Made by a program: the position numbers and the translations under genes. Positions 9,018 to 19,500 of a DNA stretch of 58,565 nt are shown here, in pieces. Below the pieces are notes generated by a model. The model searched no databases, was not told where the DNA came from, and worked only from the letters and a program-made list of their open reading frames with translations. The stretch is taken from positions 1-58,565 of the forward strand of contig CAZUNO010000018.1 in NCBI GenBank assembly GCA_964621445.1, in the 5' to 3' direction. This stretch comes from Candidatus Hadarchaeota archaeon. Its GTDB lineage: Archaea; CAYQAE01; CAYVLA01. The first letter of the stretch is position 1; each line of letters begins with the position of its first letter.

Positions 9018-9875
9018 CTAGGTTCCCTTGAATACGATATCTCCGACTTCAACAGAGATGTTCCCCGCTACTAACGGGCACTTGGCTATGAGCAGGAAGA
9101 ACATATCCGAATATTCGCTCATCTCCTCATAATTTCCCTGGCCCTTGGAGATCGTAAGGTCATGCTCAGCGATCCATCCCCGCACCTCCTCGGAAAGCCT
9201 GGGCGGACCGGTATTTGGCTCACCATTGGTAATTTCCAGGAATTCCGCCCCCTCGATATCATCAAGACCAATCATCTCTGCATCATCCATCGTTACATCG
9301 TTCAGAATTGGCCCACCCTTAACCACGAACTTGACTATATCCACATTTGATAGCCTCTGCAGGGTCTCGAAGAATAGCTTGTCGAAGACGATCTCCCCTG
9401 CATTGTCCAGGAAATAGAGAACGGATTTTGCCTGCTCAAGCTCTTTCCTGAACCTCGGCGAGTCATCAACGGCGAAATCCTTTTCCAGGACATCATCTAT
9501 GGTCTGAAGTAGATCGTATTCCTGCACGGCCCCAAAATCGATGATATTACCGGCTATGGCAATCCTGGCTGCAGTCATCATCTCATCCTCGGAATCCCTG
9601 ACTATCTCTTTCATCTCATCATAGAGCTTTAGAGCCTCCTGGTTGCTGTCCTCTTTAACTCCCTCATAGGGATCCCCACCTCCCGTATAGGTTCTCACCA
9701 GGTGGTGAACTTCACGGGCCAAGGCCGGTGGGGTGGAGTCCCATTCAAGGTCCAGGAGCTTTTCCATAACATCCCTGACCACCTGTTCATGGACCCTTTC
9801 ATCGTCGGTGACAAATCTGATTGCCTGTAGTGCCTGTCTTTGGAAACATGGAATACAATCCAGATTGAGTTTCAT
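9018..9875 (-). CDS. DUF89/ARMT1-like damage-control phosphatase
   Basis: CIPC, AIAGNIIDFG, DNAGEIVFD, PILND, SKGQGNYE and AKC motifs. The ATG at 9875 overlaps the trmO stop. Confidence 0.88.
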   Translation of the reverse strand: MKLNLDCIPCFQRQALQAIRFVTDDERVHEQVVRDVMEKLLDLEWDSTPPALAREVHHLVRTYTGGGDPYEGVKEDSNQEALKLYDEMKEIVRDSEDEMMTAARIAIAGNIIDFGAVQEYDLLQTIDDVLEKDFAVDDSPRFRKELEQAKSVLYFLDNAGEIVFDKLFFETLQRLSNVDIVKFVVKGGPILNDVTMDDAEMIGLDDIEGAEFLEITNGEPNTGPPRLSEEVRGWIAEHDLTISKGQGNYEEMSEYSDMFFLLIAKCPLVAGNISVEVGDIVFKGT

Positions 9876-10342
9876 TTTCTCATCACCTTCTTTGGATCGC
9901 CTCGGTCCTTCAGCCAACCGGTTACTGCATCCGGTCTTGCATCCAGGCCTGGTATATGGGGTTTGATATCCAGTACCGGCGTTCCTTCAACTGCATCTAG
10001 ACCACGGACCTTTAGAAAATCTGTCCCTCTATCCACAAGCTCAACTGTGCTAAATCCCAGGGGGCTAGGCCTTCTCGGGGACCGAGTTGTGAAAAGACCA
10101 TGAAAATTGACATCCCAAGGGGTTGTTATCTGCAACTCCCATCCCTTTGAAAGATGAAGGTAGTAAATCAAGTTTAGGTGTGAAAAACCTTCAATATCTT
10201 TCAGGGCAGGGACGAATTCCTCAAAGAGCCTCACCGTAGACACCTCTTCCCCGTCCTGTGGAGGGGCGTCAGCTGTCCTCTTATAGGGTGAATGAACCAC
10301 GCCAATAGCTCTGACCTTGAAATCTATATCGGTTTTACTCAT
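9872..10342 (-). CDS. trmO: tRNA t6A37 N6-methyltransferase TrmO (TsaA/YaeB family)
   Basis: IGVVHSPY, GFSHL, GLFTTRSPRRPSPLG and GLDAVEGTPVLDIKP motifs. Confidence 0.88.
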   Translation of the reverse strand: MSKTDIDFKVRAIGVVHSPYKRTADAPPQDGEEVSTVRLFEEFVPALKDIEGFSHLNLIYYLHLSKGWELQITTPWDVNFHGLFTTRSPRRPSPLGFSTVELVDRGTDFLKVRGLDAVEGTPVLDIKPHIPGLDARPDAVTGWLKDRGDPKKVMRK

Positions 10343-12084
10343 TCCTGGGCCTCCTCATAGGCGGCCTTTCGCAGCAACGCCTCTTTGATGCGCGCCTTAT
10401 CGAACTTGGCCTCTCTAGCATAGGTATGCAGCCCGTTTACCTCTTGCTCAATATCGTAGAGCTGGGTGTAGCAAAAGCCGCATATCTTACGATTGTCCAG
10501 CAGACAATCCGTAAGTCCCGAGAACCTTTCAAGAAACTCCTCAACTGAGTCCGGCCGCTGTCCATATCCCCATGCCTCCTCCTGAACCTCCCCCAGATTC
10601 CACCAGGCACCCCCGAACTCGCTGACCATTACCGGTTGACCGTCATATTCAACTTCATCTTCGGGCCGGTTTCTATAGGGCACCCCTTCTCGTTTAATCT
10701 TGAGATGTCTCTCCCTAAAGGATTCAACTTCCTGATCATAATCATGACTATCGTATATATCCGTCACTACATGGGTATACCCACTTGTGTCTATAACGGG
10801 CCTACCTGGGTCCATTCTCTTGGTAAGATTGTAGATACTTCTCACGAACTCTACATCCTGGTCAGGAGAGGTCTCATTGAACGGACACCAGCCGATTATA
10901 CAGGGATGGTTGATATCCCGGCTAACCGCCTCTTGCCACTCCGAAAGGAAGTTCTGTTTGGCCTCCTTTTTTGACATATCGATTCCCCAGCTAGGGAACT
11001 CTCCCCAAACCAAATAACCCAGCTTGTCAGCCCAGTACAGGAATCTAGGCTCGAAAACCTTCTGGTGGAGCCTAGCCCCATTAAACCCCATTTCCTTGGC
11101 TATCTCTATGTCCCTTCGTAAGTGGGAATCGCTGGCAGCGGTATATATGCCATCCGGGTAGTACCCCTGGTCCAAAACCAATCTCTGGAATATCCTTTTC
11201 CCATTAATTAGAGATTCGTCACCCTTAACCTCCAGGGAACGAATGCCGAAATAACTGCTAACCCTATCGATCTCCCCCCTTTCCGACCTAATTTCAATCC
11301 CAACTTCGTATAGAGTTGGATTATGGGGGCTCCATGGCAACGGACTCTCAGTCATAGCCAGGGGCATCTTTGCATATCTGCTAAGGGGAACCCGTCCGTG
11401 GCCAACCTCATTTCCCTCCAGCTTTACCTTGGCCTCGATGATTCCCTTAGCATCACCCGCAACCTCAAACATTAACCAGGGGGTGTTGGAGGCGATTCCC
11501 CTGCTAACGGTGAGATTCCTCAAGTAGCATTTCGGCGTGGATTCAAGCCATACCGTTTGCCATATTCCCGTCACCCGGCTGTATCTGCAACCATGTGACT
11601 CCAACTTGGTGGATTGCTTCCCGCAAGGTTGAATGCCCCTCCGATTGTCGTCCAACGCCCTGACGACAAGGATATTCTCGCCATCCGAAATATGGCTCGA
11701 AATATCAAATGAGAACGGGGTATACCCGCCTTTGTGGGTTCCGATAAAATCTCCGTTTACCCACACATTCGTTCTGTAATCCACTGCCCCGAAGTGCAAT
11801 AATATATGGCTCCCAGGATCCATACCAGATAGATTGAAGGTTCTTGAATACCATACCTCTGGCATGAATTGCTTACAATCGACCCCCGATAACCTGCTTT
11901 CGGGAGGGAAAGGAACGATGATGTCCCCATCCAGGGGTTGATTAAGGTCGCCATGACCTCCGATTTTGAAATCCCATTTCCCATTGAGATTTTTCCATGA
12001 ATCCCTCACTATCTGGGGCCGAGGGTATTCTGGCCGTGGAATTTTGTTCATGGTTCCCATATGCGTAGATCGATGGCTATGCAC
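10339..12084 (-). CDS. Glycoside hydrolase family 2 (beta-galactosidase/glucuronidase-like)
   Basis: PRPEYPRPQ, LHFGAVDY, GIWQTVWLE, LDQGY, WCPFNE (acid/base), VSEFGG (nucleophile) and YTQLYDIEQEVNG motifs. Confidence 0.92.
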   Translation of the reverse strand: MHSHRSTHMGTMNKIPRPEYPRPQIVRDSWKNLNGKWDFKIGGHGDLNQPLDGDIIVPFPPESRLSGVDCKQFMPEVWYSRTFNLSGMDPGSHILLHFGAVDYRTNVWVNGDFIGTHKGGYTPFSFDISSHISDGENILVVRALDDNRRGIQPCGKQSTKLESHGCRYSRVTGIWQTVWLESTPKCYLRNLTVSRGIASNTPWLMFEVAGDAKGIIEAKVKLEGNEVGHGRVPLSRYAKMPLAMTESPLPWSPHNPTLYEVGIEIRSERGEIDRVSSYFGIRSLEVKGDESLINGKRIFQRLVLDQGYYPDGIYTAASDSHLRRDIEIAKEMGFNGARLHQKVFEPRFLYWADKLGYLVWGEFPSWGIDMSKKEAKQNFLSEWQEAVSRDINHPCIIGWCPFNETSPDQDVEFVRSIYNLTKRMDPGRPVIDTSGYTHVVTDIYDSHDYDQEVESFRERHLKIKREGVPYRNRPEDEVEYDGQPVMVSEFGGAWWNLGEVQEEAWGYGQRPDSVEEFLERFSGLTDCLLDNRKICGFCYTQLYDIEQEVNGLHTYAREAKFDKARIKEALLRKAAYEEAQE

Positions 12085-12182
12085 GTAAAAACGATTCCCT
12101 TGAGCCTATTTTCGGATCTAAACCGGGGGAGATGACTAGCCGTTTAAAAACAGTAATCAGAAGCCCCTCTTTGTAACGGACG

Positions 12183-13070
12183 TTGTCAGTAATAGAAACT
12201 GTACTCCCCAGCTTCACGGTAATTGGACTCGCATTTATCCTCCAGAAAAGGAAAAATCTAGAGATCAAACCACTCATTGAGACAGCTCTATACCTAGCCT
12301 CCCCATGTCTGGTTTTCTCCTCTCTATCATCAAAATCCTATTCGGTACTTGAACTCCTCCCCATCATGGGGTCGGCGGTGCTGGTGGTTCTGGGAACCCT
12401 TATAATTTCAAGATTGGTCTTCTCCGCCCTTCGACTTGGAGATACAGATGCAAGAACCCTCCCGGTTGTTCTCATCAATTCGGGAAACTTGGGAATACCA
12501 ATATCGCTGTTCGCTTTCGGTGAACAGGAATTGGGCACCATTATCATCTTCTTCGTTACCTCAGCCATGTTCATCTACACCCTAGGTATTGTCCTGGCTG
12601 CCAGGGGCAGCGAGACATCGGACACCCATTGGACCGAGGTCTTCAAGCTACCGCTTATGTATGCGGCCATATCGGGAATAATAGTCAGCGTCTTTAGCAT
12701 TGATATGCCCGATCTCATTCTCCGACCCATTAACATCCTTGGCCAGGCAGCAATTCCTCTATTTCTAATATCACTTGGAATGAGTCTAGCGGGAATAGAT
12801 CCCCGTAAACAAATCCGACCGGCTCTGCTTTCCTCATCAATACGAATTGGTCTGGGGGTTCTACTTGGATTGGCCTCTGCCTCAATTTTCAACCTGGCTG
12901 GTGCCCAAAGAGGTGTGGTTATCCTTCAGTCGTCCATGCCTCCAGCAGTGGCCAGCTTCATGCTTTCCAAAAAGTACGGCTGTAAACCAGAGCTAGTTGC
13001 GGCCACCGTATTTACTGGCACCATAATCAGCATATTTACGATATCAATGGTCCTTGAATTTCTCATATAG
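12183..13070 (+). CDS. AEC (auxin efflux carrier) family transporter
   Basis: About 10 TM segments; PCLVFSSL, NSGNLGIP and QSSMPPAV motifs. Confidence 0.88.
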   Translation: MSVIETVLPSFTVIGLAFILQKRKNLEIKPLIETALYLASPCLVFSSLSSKSYSVLELLPIMGSAVLVVLGTLIISRLVFSALRLGDTDARTLPVVLINSGNLGIPISLFAFGEQELGTIIIFFVTSAMFIYTLGIVLAARGSETSDTHWTEVFKLPLMYAAISGIIVSVFSIDMPDLILRPINILGQAAIPLFLISLGMSLAGIDPRKQIRPALLSSSIRIGLGVLLGLASASIFNLAGAQRGVVILQSSMPPAVASFMLSKKYGCKPELVAATVFTGTIISIFTISMVLEFLI

Positions 13071-13128
13071 TCACATAAAAAGAGTTAAGATCATACCTTG
13101 CCACTTCCAGGAAATTGGAGGCTTTCAG

Positions 13129-13779
13129 TTGGAATGGACGCTGAATAATGGTGAAAAGATTCTATTTATAGGAGATAGTATAACCGATTGCGGAAGAAGG
13201 GGTCAGTTCTCGCCCCTAGGAAACGGATACGTCAGCCTTTTCTCGCAATTGGTCACTGCAGCTCACCCGAAATGGAAAATAGAGTACGTAAACAAAGGTA
13301 TCGGAGGTAACAAGGTCACTGACCTAAAGAACCGGTGGAAAGATGATGTAATAGACCAGGATTTTGACCACCTTTCAATCATGATAGGAATCAACGACCT
13401 TGCTAGCTTCATCAGAAGTGACCCTGCAAGTGTTGATCCGGAACTTTTCCACCAAACATACGATGGCATTCTCGAGTATACCCTTGACGAACACGATTGT
13501 GGTATCCTCCTTCTGGATCCCTTCTACATAAGCAGGGACCACGGCGGTAACTCCATTCGCAGCGAGTTTCTACGCCTTATTCCCGAGTACACCGGTACGG
13601 TTACCACCATCAGCAGTAAATATGATACCAAACACATCGAGACGCAGGAACTATTCTCTCGCCACCTCAAGTATCGCGAACCCGACTCATTTGCCCCGGA
13701 ACCCGTTCATCCCTACCAGCTCGGTCATCTCATAATAGCGCATTCAATTTTCAAAGAGCTGATTGGTGGTAGCCTCTAA
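13129..13779 (+). CDS. SGNH/GDSL hydrolase (esterase)
   Basis: FIGDSIT, NKGIGG, GIND and EPVHP blocks. TTG start at 13129 after a GGAGG SD. Confidence 0.88.
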   Translation: MEWTLNNGEKILFIGDSITDCGRRGQFSPLGNGYVSLFSQLVTAAHPKWKIEYVNKGIGGNKVTDLKNRWKDDVIDQDFDHLSIMIGINDLASFIRSDPASVDPELFHQTYDGILEYTLDEHDCGILLLDPFYISRDHGGNSIRSEFLRLIPEYTGTVTTISSKYDTKHIETQELFSRHLKYREPDSFAPEPVHPYQLGHLIIAHSIFKELIGGSL

Positions 13780-14566
13780 GAAGACAATCCTGATATAGGT
13801 CGGTTCTCCTATCAACCAGATGTCCGTCCCTGGTTGAGTCTAGATCTATGGAACAGCGTACCAAAGCGCCCGTCTCCCCCATCCGGTCAACTATTAGCCC
13901 GCCATGGGGCCCGGTGACCATAGATCTCTTAGGGTGGGTGAAGGCTATGAAAAAACCATTCTCATAAGATCGAGTCCTCATCATGGCCCGGTTGAGATCG
14001 CCGTGCATCCCATAGGTTGGGTTTGCGATAAATTCGGCTCCTTTTATTCTCAAGCACCTCGTTGCCTCTGGCCATCTCCTGTCAGCACATATCAGGACGC
14101 CAAATACTCCAAAGTCGGAATCTATGATTTCGAATGAATTACCCTTTTCGAAGTTCAGATCATGGTTTTGAAGATGGGTCTTGTGGTACAGGGTTACCAT
14201 TTCACCTTCCCGGTTGAAAATAGCAGCGGCATTCGCTGCTCGTGAGGAATCCAATCTCTGTGTGAAACCAAGAACAAAATAGCTCTTCAGATCCTCAGCT
14301 AATTCCTTGGCCTCCTCTATTATGGGACCTGAGATATCCAGAGCACATTCCTGAAGCCAGCGATCCCTATCCTTCCAGGCCTCCCCAGGATCATTTGGAG
14401 CCTGGCTGGCCACATACCCGTCCACTATGCATTCCGGAGTAATTACAAGGTCAAGCTCCCCGGGATTGACCTTCTCCAGTATTCTGGTCAAGCGTCTCCA
14501 ATTACTCTGCACGTCCCACTTGGTAGGCAAGAAACGTACCAAACCCAGCCTAACATCTCTTGGCAA
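13751..14566 (-). CDS. Carbon-nitrogen hydrolase (nitrilase superfamily)
   Basis: Glu-Lys-Cys triad contexts ITPE, YHKTHL and LICADRRWPE. Confidence 0.88.
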   Translation of the reverse strand: MPRDVRLGLVRFLPTKWDVQSNWRRLTRILEKVNPGELDLVITPECIVDGYVASQAPNDPGEAWKDRDRWLQECALDISGPIIEEAKELAEDLKSYFVLGFTQRLDSSRAANAAAIFNREGEMVTLYHKTHLQNHDLNFEKGNSFEIIDSDFGVFGVLICADRRWPEATRCLRIKGAEFIANPTYGMHGDLNRAMMRTRSYENGFFIAFTHPKRSMVTGPHGGLIVDRMGETGALVRCSIDLDSTRDGHLVDRRTDLYQDCLLRGYHQSAL

Positions 14567-14662
14567 ATCATGTCCTCCTGAATTCTATTTGATCCCAGGA
14601 TAAACTGAAAAATTAGACATGGCGGGCGACGTTTTCAGATGTCTTAGAGGAATGTATACAGC

Positions 14663-14839
14663 TTAATTTGAGTATTTCTGTTTTCCGACATGATAACCTA
14701 CAGCAAAGGCAGATGCTATCCCCAGGTAGCCTACAATATATATGCCCAAAAAAGATAACTCGCCATATCTATTCATCGCCAGGGTAAAACCCAAGTAGGC
14801 AAATCCAAGGAAACCAAAGGCCATGAGTCCGCGATTCAC
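14663..14839 (-). CDS. Small two-TM membrane protein, 58 aa (not in ORF track)
   Basis: MNRGLMAFGFLGFAYLGFTLAMNRYGELSFLGIYIVGYLGIASAFAVGYHVGKQKYSN. SD-like AGGTGG upstream, two Gly-rich hydrophobic helices and a basic tail. Confidence 0.55.
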   Translation of the reverse strand: MNRGLMAFGFLGFAYLGFTLAMNRYGELSFLGIYIVGYLGIASAFAVGYHVGKQKYSN

Positions 14840-15047
14840 CAAAACTGGCCACCTTTTGGTTTAGCTTGGTGATTCTTTCATATTTTTTAATAATCTAGTT
14901 GCTTGACCCTGGAAGGCGTATACTGGCCTCTTTCTAGCCCAAATTGGGAACATGATTGAGATTGGATAAATCCTTTCTCAGCCCTTTAACCCCCTGAGCT
15001 AACTCCCAGAAGAAATATTATATTCTCTCTGATTTATCAGGTTCCAA

Positions 15048-15989
15048 GTGAATAGCTTGTCAAGGGAAGTCGTGATCCAGGTAGAGGACCTCACCAAGAG
15101 ATACGGCGATCTAACTGCGGTTGATGCGGTCTCTTTCAACCTTTTCAGGGGAGAGATATTTGCCCTCCTGGGGCCAAACGGCGCCGGGAAAACCACAGCC
15201 ATAGAGATGCTGCAGTGTTTACGAAAACCAACCTCCGGCAGCTCCAAGGTTCTGGGATATGATATATCTGAAAGTAAAGGCCAGAGGGAAATACGAAAAC
15301 GCATTGGAGTTCTTCCCCAGGATTTCAACTCCCTGGAAAAGTTAACTACAAAGGAGAATATCTCCCTATTCGCCGCTCTATATCAGGATTCAAAGGATAC
15401 GGATTATCTAATCGATCTTCTAGATCTAAACGACCAGGCCGATACGCGTTTTGGTGACTTATCCGGCGGACTCCAGCAGAGGGTCGGGATAGCGGCGGCA
15501 CTGGTCAATGATCCCGAGATCATCTTCCTCGACGAACCAACGACCGGACTAGATCCTAAATCCAGAAGGGATGTATGGCAAGTTATTCGTAGACTCAAGG
15601 AAGAGGGAACCACCGTGTTTCTGACAACCCACTACATGGAAGAGGCCGAAAGGCTGGCCGATAGGATCGCGGTGATCCATAATGGAGAAATAGTAGCCCT
15701 TGGGGAGACATCAAAACTCCTCGACGAGTATGGGGGAGATAGGATACTGCTAATAGAGGACCCTCCGGCTGAAAAGAAAGAAACTCTGATGGAGTCCTTT
15801 CCAGAAGTTCATGAACTACACGGCGATCTGGCAATCCCGGTTGGAAGCCTCTCCGATATCTCCCACCGCATTGATACCCTTGCCAATATGGGCGTTAATG
15901 AGGGAATACAGATCCGCAACCCGACCGTGGAGGATGTCTTCCTGAACCTTATAGGGGCCAAGATAACCGAACAGGGGGAACTCGAATGA
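15048..15989 (+). CDS. ABC-2 type exporter ATP-binding subunit
   Basis: Walker A GPNGAGKTT, LSGG signature, Walker B IFLDEPT and H-loop TTHYMEEA. Confidence 0.95.
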   Translation: MNSLSREVVIQVEDLTKRYGDLTAVDAVSFNLFRGEIFALLGPNGAGKTTAIEMLQCLRKPTSGSSKVLGYDISESKGQREIRKRIGVLPQDFNSLEKLTTKENISLFAALYQDSKDTDYLIDLLDLNDQADTRFGDLSGGLQQRVGIAAALVNDPEIIFLDEPTTGLDPKSRRDVWQVIRRLKEEGTTVFLTTHYMEEAERLADRIAVIHNGEIVALGETSKLLDEYGGDRILLIEDPPAEKKETLMESFPEVHELHGDLAIPVGSLSDISHRIDTLANMGVNEGIQIRNPTVEDVFLNLIGAKITEQGELE

Positions 15990-17248
15990 TCAGCAGGATA
16001 TTTGCCCTTTCAAAGGCCGTTCTGAAGAACTGGATGAGGTCAAGGGAGGGGGTTTTCTTCAGCTTCTTGTTCCCGGTCATGCTGCTGCTTCTTTTTACAT
16101 CAATTTTCGGCGGTCAGGGCGGAAGCTCCTTCACCCTTTACGTTCAGAATCTCGACGTGAACTCAACCGGCGGACCGACAAACCTGTCCACGTCTTTTCT
16201 TGATACCCTGAACTCAACCGGGGCCTTCTCCATAAGGCATGTTCCATACGAAGTGGATCCCCGGGATTATGTCCAGGATGAGATGGGCGTTTTCGGCGGT
16301 ACATTCAGGCTGCTAATAATCCCCGAGGATTTCGAAAATGATCTTCTAAACGGCTCTCTCAGGACCAGGATAGCGGTTTCCAAGACCACCGCACATCAGT
16401 TTCTCGAACAGGCCGGAGATTCCATCCCACCCGAGCAGAGGGCGGGCATAGAGATAGGACTGGGTCAAATGGACAACGTTCTCGAGGACTTCCCGGAACA
16501 ACCCATCGCATTAACCTACGTATCCGATTCCAACTCGACCTCGGCCCTCGTGGTGGAGTCGGTAATACGTAATGTGGCGACCAGCTTTAACTCGGCGCTA
16601 ATCGGTGTGGAACCAAGCATGGAAATTGAGAAGGAGGAAATAACCAGAAGGAAACTCAGATCCGTGGACTACTATCTCCCCGCCATCATCGGGGCCTTTA
16701 TCATGACCAATGGAATCATCGGGGTAACAACTAATACGACCGAATTCAAGAGAAGGGGAGTACTAAGGAGATTCGCTACCACGCCCATGTCACGATTGGA
16801 TTGGGTAGTTGGCAACGTAATCAGCCAGACCATTCTCAGTTTTATGTTGGTATTGGTTATGTTCGTCGTCGCCTGGGTGGTCTTCGACCTCCAGGCCATT
16901 CCAAATGCGCTAACCCTGATCTACGTGGCAGTGGGAGCCATATTGTTTTCGGGGATAGGTCTTATCCTATCCGGTTTGGTGAAGGACGTTGAGGCCGCCT
17001 CGGCAGCGGGAAATGCGGTTGCCTTCCCCATGATGTTCCTCTCCGGTACATTTTGGTCCCCGGAGATCATGCCGGGTTACCTGCAAACGGTGGCCGAGTT
17101 TCTACCCCTTACCTACTTCTCAAACGGGCTCCGGGCAGCCTTCGTTCTCGAACATATTCCCAGTGCTCTGACAAACCTCGCGGTCCTCATAGGTATGGCC
17201 GTGGTTTTCATAATAGTGGGATCTCTGGTAACCAAATGGCAAGAATAA
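15986..17248 (+). CDS. ABC-2 type exporter permease
   Basis: N-terminal TM, large extracellular loop and five C-terminal TMs; PMMFLSG and FLPLTY motifs; ATGA overlap with the ATPase. Confidence 0.92.
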   Translation: MISRIFALSKAVLKNWMRSREGVFFSFLFPVMLLLLFTSIFGGQGGSSFTLYVQNLDVNSTGGPTNLSTSFLDTLNSTGAFSIRHVPYEVDPRDYVQDEMGVFGGTFRLLIIPEDFENDLLNGSLRTRIAVSKTTAHQFLEQAGDSIPPEQRAGIEIGLGQMDNVLEDFPEQPIALTYVSDSNSTSALVVESVIRNVATSFNSALIGVEPSMEIEKEEITRRKLRSVDYYLPAIIGAFIMTNGIIGVTTNTTEFKRRGVLRRFATTPMSRLDWVVGNVISQTILSFMLVLVMFVVAWVVFDLQAIPNALTLIYVAVGAILFSGIGLILSGLVKDVEAASAAGNAVAFPMMFLSGTFWSPEIMPGYLQTVAEFLPLTYFSNGLRAAFVLEHIPSALTNLAVLIGMAVVFIIVGSLVTKWQE

Positions 17249-17251
17249 GAC

Positions 17252-17713
17252 TCATCGCTCAAGGTCCTTTAGAATCCCTATTGCCTCGTCTATGTGCTTC
17301 TTTGGATTTAGCTGCGAGGAGAACACGTGTCTGACAATACATTCCCTGTCTATGACAAAGGTCACCCGCCCAGGAAGCACTCCTAGGGTTTTCCCGACCC
17401 CGTATTTCTCGCTGGCCTCCCCATGAATATCACTAAGTAGAATGAAGGGAAGCGACTTTTCCTGGGCAAAATTCTTGTGGGATTCCGGGTCATCCGAACT
17501 AACCCCTACCACTTCGGCGCCGAGATCGGTGAATACCTCGTAGCTATCCCGGAATGCACAGGCCTGAATAGTGCACCCCTTTGAACCGTCCTTGGGGTAA
17601 AAGTAAAACACGACGTTCTTCTCCCGCCAGAGATCGGAAAGTGTAACCATCCTCCCATTTTGGTCCGGTAGGGAAACATCCGGAGCCTCATCCCCAACCT
17701 CAACTTTGGTCAT
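17252..17713 (-). CDS. bcp: Peroxiredoxin, BCP/PrxQ family
   Basis: FYFYPKD..GCTIQACAFRD (CxxxxC) and RVTFVID motifs. Confidence 0.92.
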   Translation of the reverse strand: MTKVEVGDEAPDVSLPDQNGRMVTLSDLWREKNVVFYFYPKDGSKGCTIQACAFRDSYEVFTDLGAEVVGVSSDDPESHKNFAQEKSLPFILLSDIHGEASEKYGVGKTLGVLPGRVTFVIDRECIVRHVFSSQLNPKKHIDEAIGILKDLER

Positions 17714-17734
17714 TCACCACATCTCCTTCTCCCT

Positions 17735-18586
17735 TCAAAATCCCATTTTAGATATCGCTAGGAAGGTAAACAGCCCTCCTCCAAGTCCGGTGTTTATATA
17801 CGGAAGATACCAGTAGACCCTATCAATTTCGATGCTCTCCTTTATCAGTGCCGATATTGAAAGAAGCGGATAGATGATCACCAGGAAGCTAAGCGGGTGA
17901 TAATTCGCCACATGGATGGCGATGAATGCCAAGGCGCTCCAGAAAATTGATACCAGGAAGAGGGATATCTTTCGATTCAATACCACGGCCGTGGTCCTAA
18001 TACCGGCTTCCCTGTCATATTCTATATCAGGTATCGCCGAGAAGAGATGCATGGCCGAGGTGTGCATCAAACCTGCCAAGATTATCAGAAGGAACGGTAG
18101 ACTACCATTTGCCTGATAGAAACCCATTACTCCCGGCACCACATACAGACCATTTGAGGCAAAATCCAGGATCGGTCTTGCCTTGAACCTAAAGGGCTTG
18201 GCGCTATAGGCGTAGGAGAGGAAGAGAAAAATTCCGAGTAGAGCCTTCTCCGTCCAGCTCGGCAAAAGGAATATGAGGAACAGACTCAGGATAAACACCC
18301 CTGTCAGGGCGATTCTCAGCCTCCTCTTCTCATCGACCCCTAGGAGATGTTCCTTTTCAAGCTTTTTGGGATTTTCCAGGTCGGTTTCCCGGTCGCAATA
18401 ATCATTCACGCCATAGAGTAACACGTTCGCCGGGAAAAAGAAATAGATCAGAAAAATGGCGAATATGGGCGATAAGAAGGCCGACCAGTTTCGCATTCCC
18501 AGTGCGTACCCCACAACGTAGGGGCCCGCTACGTAGATCCAGAACCTGAAACGAGATACTTTGAAAGCCAGGCTAAGCGGGTTCAT
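17735..18586 (-). CDS. UbiA-family prenyltransferase, lycopene elongase (LyeJ/CrtEb)-like
   Basis: SRFRFWIYVAG, YGVNDYCDRETD..NPKK, YSAKPFRFK and AIPDIEYDREAG motifs; directly downstream of crtB. Confidence 0.82.
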   Translation of the reverse strand: MNPLSLAFKVSRFRFWIYVAGPYVVGYALGMRNWSAFLSPIFAIFLIYFFFPANVLLYGVNDYCDRETDLENPKKLEKEHLLGVDEKRRLRIALTGVFILSLFLIFLLPSWTEKALLGIFLFLSYAYSAKPFRFKARPILDFASNGLYVVPGVMGFYQANGSLPFLLIILAGLMHTSAMHLFSAIPDIEYDREAGIRTTAVVLNRKISLFLVSIFWSALAFIAIHVANYHPLSFLVIIYPLLSISALIKESIEIDRVYWYLPYINTGLGGGLFTFLAISKMGF

Positions 18587-18595
18587 TGGTATCCT

Positions 18596-19471
18596 CTAAC
18601 CAACGGTCGGGGTGGTGGTGATTGAAGGAAGTTCCGATCTCCAATCTCTTAACTTTACGGCGTTGGAAAGCCCCCGCCCTAGAACCCTGTATAGGGAGGG
18701 CTTCATCTTCTTACTATACACAACTAGTGGATCTTGAAGTATCTGCTTTGCTGTCCACATATACATGTCAGAAGCGGTCTTTATGGGTATGAGGAATCTC
18801 CTTGGGATGAATGGGAAACCTCTTTCAGCAGCATCTATCCACCCCCAATAGCGCTCTATCTGAACTCCTATAAATTCCCTGAATCCTTCGGGATGATTTA
18901 CCACGTGATCATAGTCCAGGGATTCAATTCCGTGACACCGCATCTCATCAGCAGGCAGATAGGACCTGCCAAGACGAAGGTCCTCCTCAATGTCCCGAAT
19001 GAAGTTGATATATTGCATGGCCTTCCCCAGATATCTAGCAGCGTCGTATGACTCCCTGGGCAATTCCATGATATTTGCCATCATGAGACCCACGACCTCG
19101 GAAGAACCGTAAAGATACTCCTCTAACTCGCCGATTGTGGCATAGCTGTCCTTGTAGATATCGGCCTCCATCGAGGCAAAGAATGCGTCCACCCAATCGA
19201 GTTTGAAATCTCTTCGTTCCATGAGGTCTAAAAAGGAGTCTATTACAATATCTCCCGACCCAGTCCCCTGGAGTGCCTCCTGATACCTATCCCTGAAAGA
19301 ATAGAAATCCCTAGTCTGTTGAGGGATGCTATCCACAAAATCGTCGGCCTTTCTCACAAAGGCATATAGTATCGATACGTCCCCTTTCACTGCCTTCGGA
19401 AAGAAAAGCGTGCTGTAGAAATAGGTCTTGCTTCCCTTCTTGAATAGAGAATGTATTGTCTTTTCCACCAA
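18596..19471 (-). CDS. crtB: Phytoene synthase
   Basis: SKTY, LYAFVRKADDFVD and LGKAMQYINFIRDIEED...GRSYLP motifs; adjacent to the desaturase. Confidence 0.9.
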   Translation of the reverse strand: MVEKTIHSLFKKGSKTYFYSTLFFPKAVKGDVSILYAFVRKADDFVDSIPQQTRDFYSFRDRYQEALQGTGSGDIVIDSFLDLMERRDFKLDWVDAFFASMEADIYKDSYATIGELEEYLYGSSEVVGLMMANIMELPRESYDAARYLGKAMQYINFIRDIEEDLRLGRSYLPADEMRCHGIESLDYDHVVNHPEGFREFIGVQIERYWGWIDAAERGFPFIPRRFLIPIKTASDMYMWTAKQILQDPLVVYSKKMKPSLYRVLGRGLSNAVKLRDWRSELPSITTTPTVG

Positions 19472-19500
19472 TTACAGCAACTCCCGGTCAAGCTTTCTTT

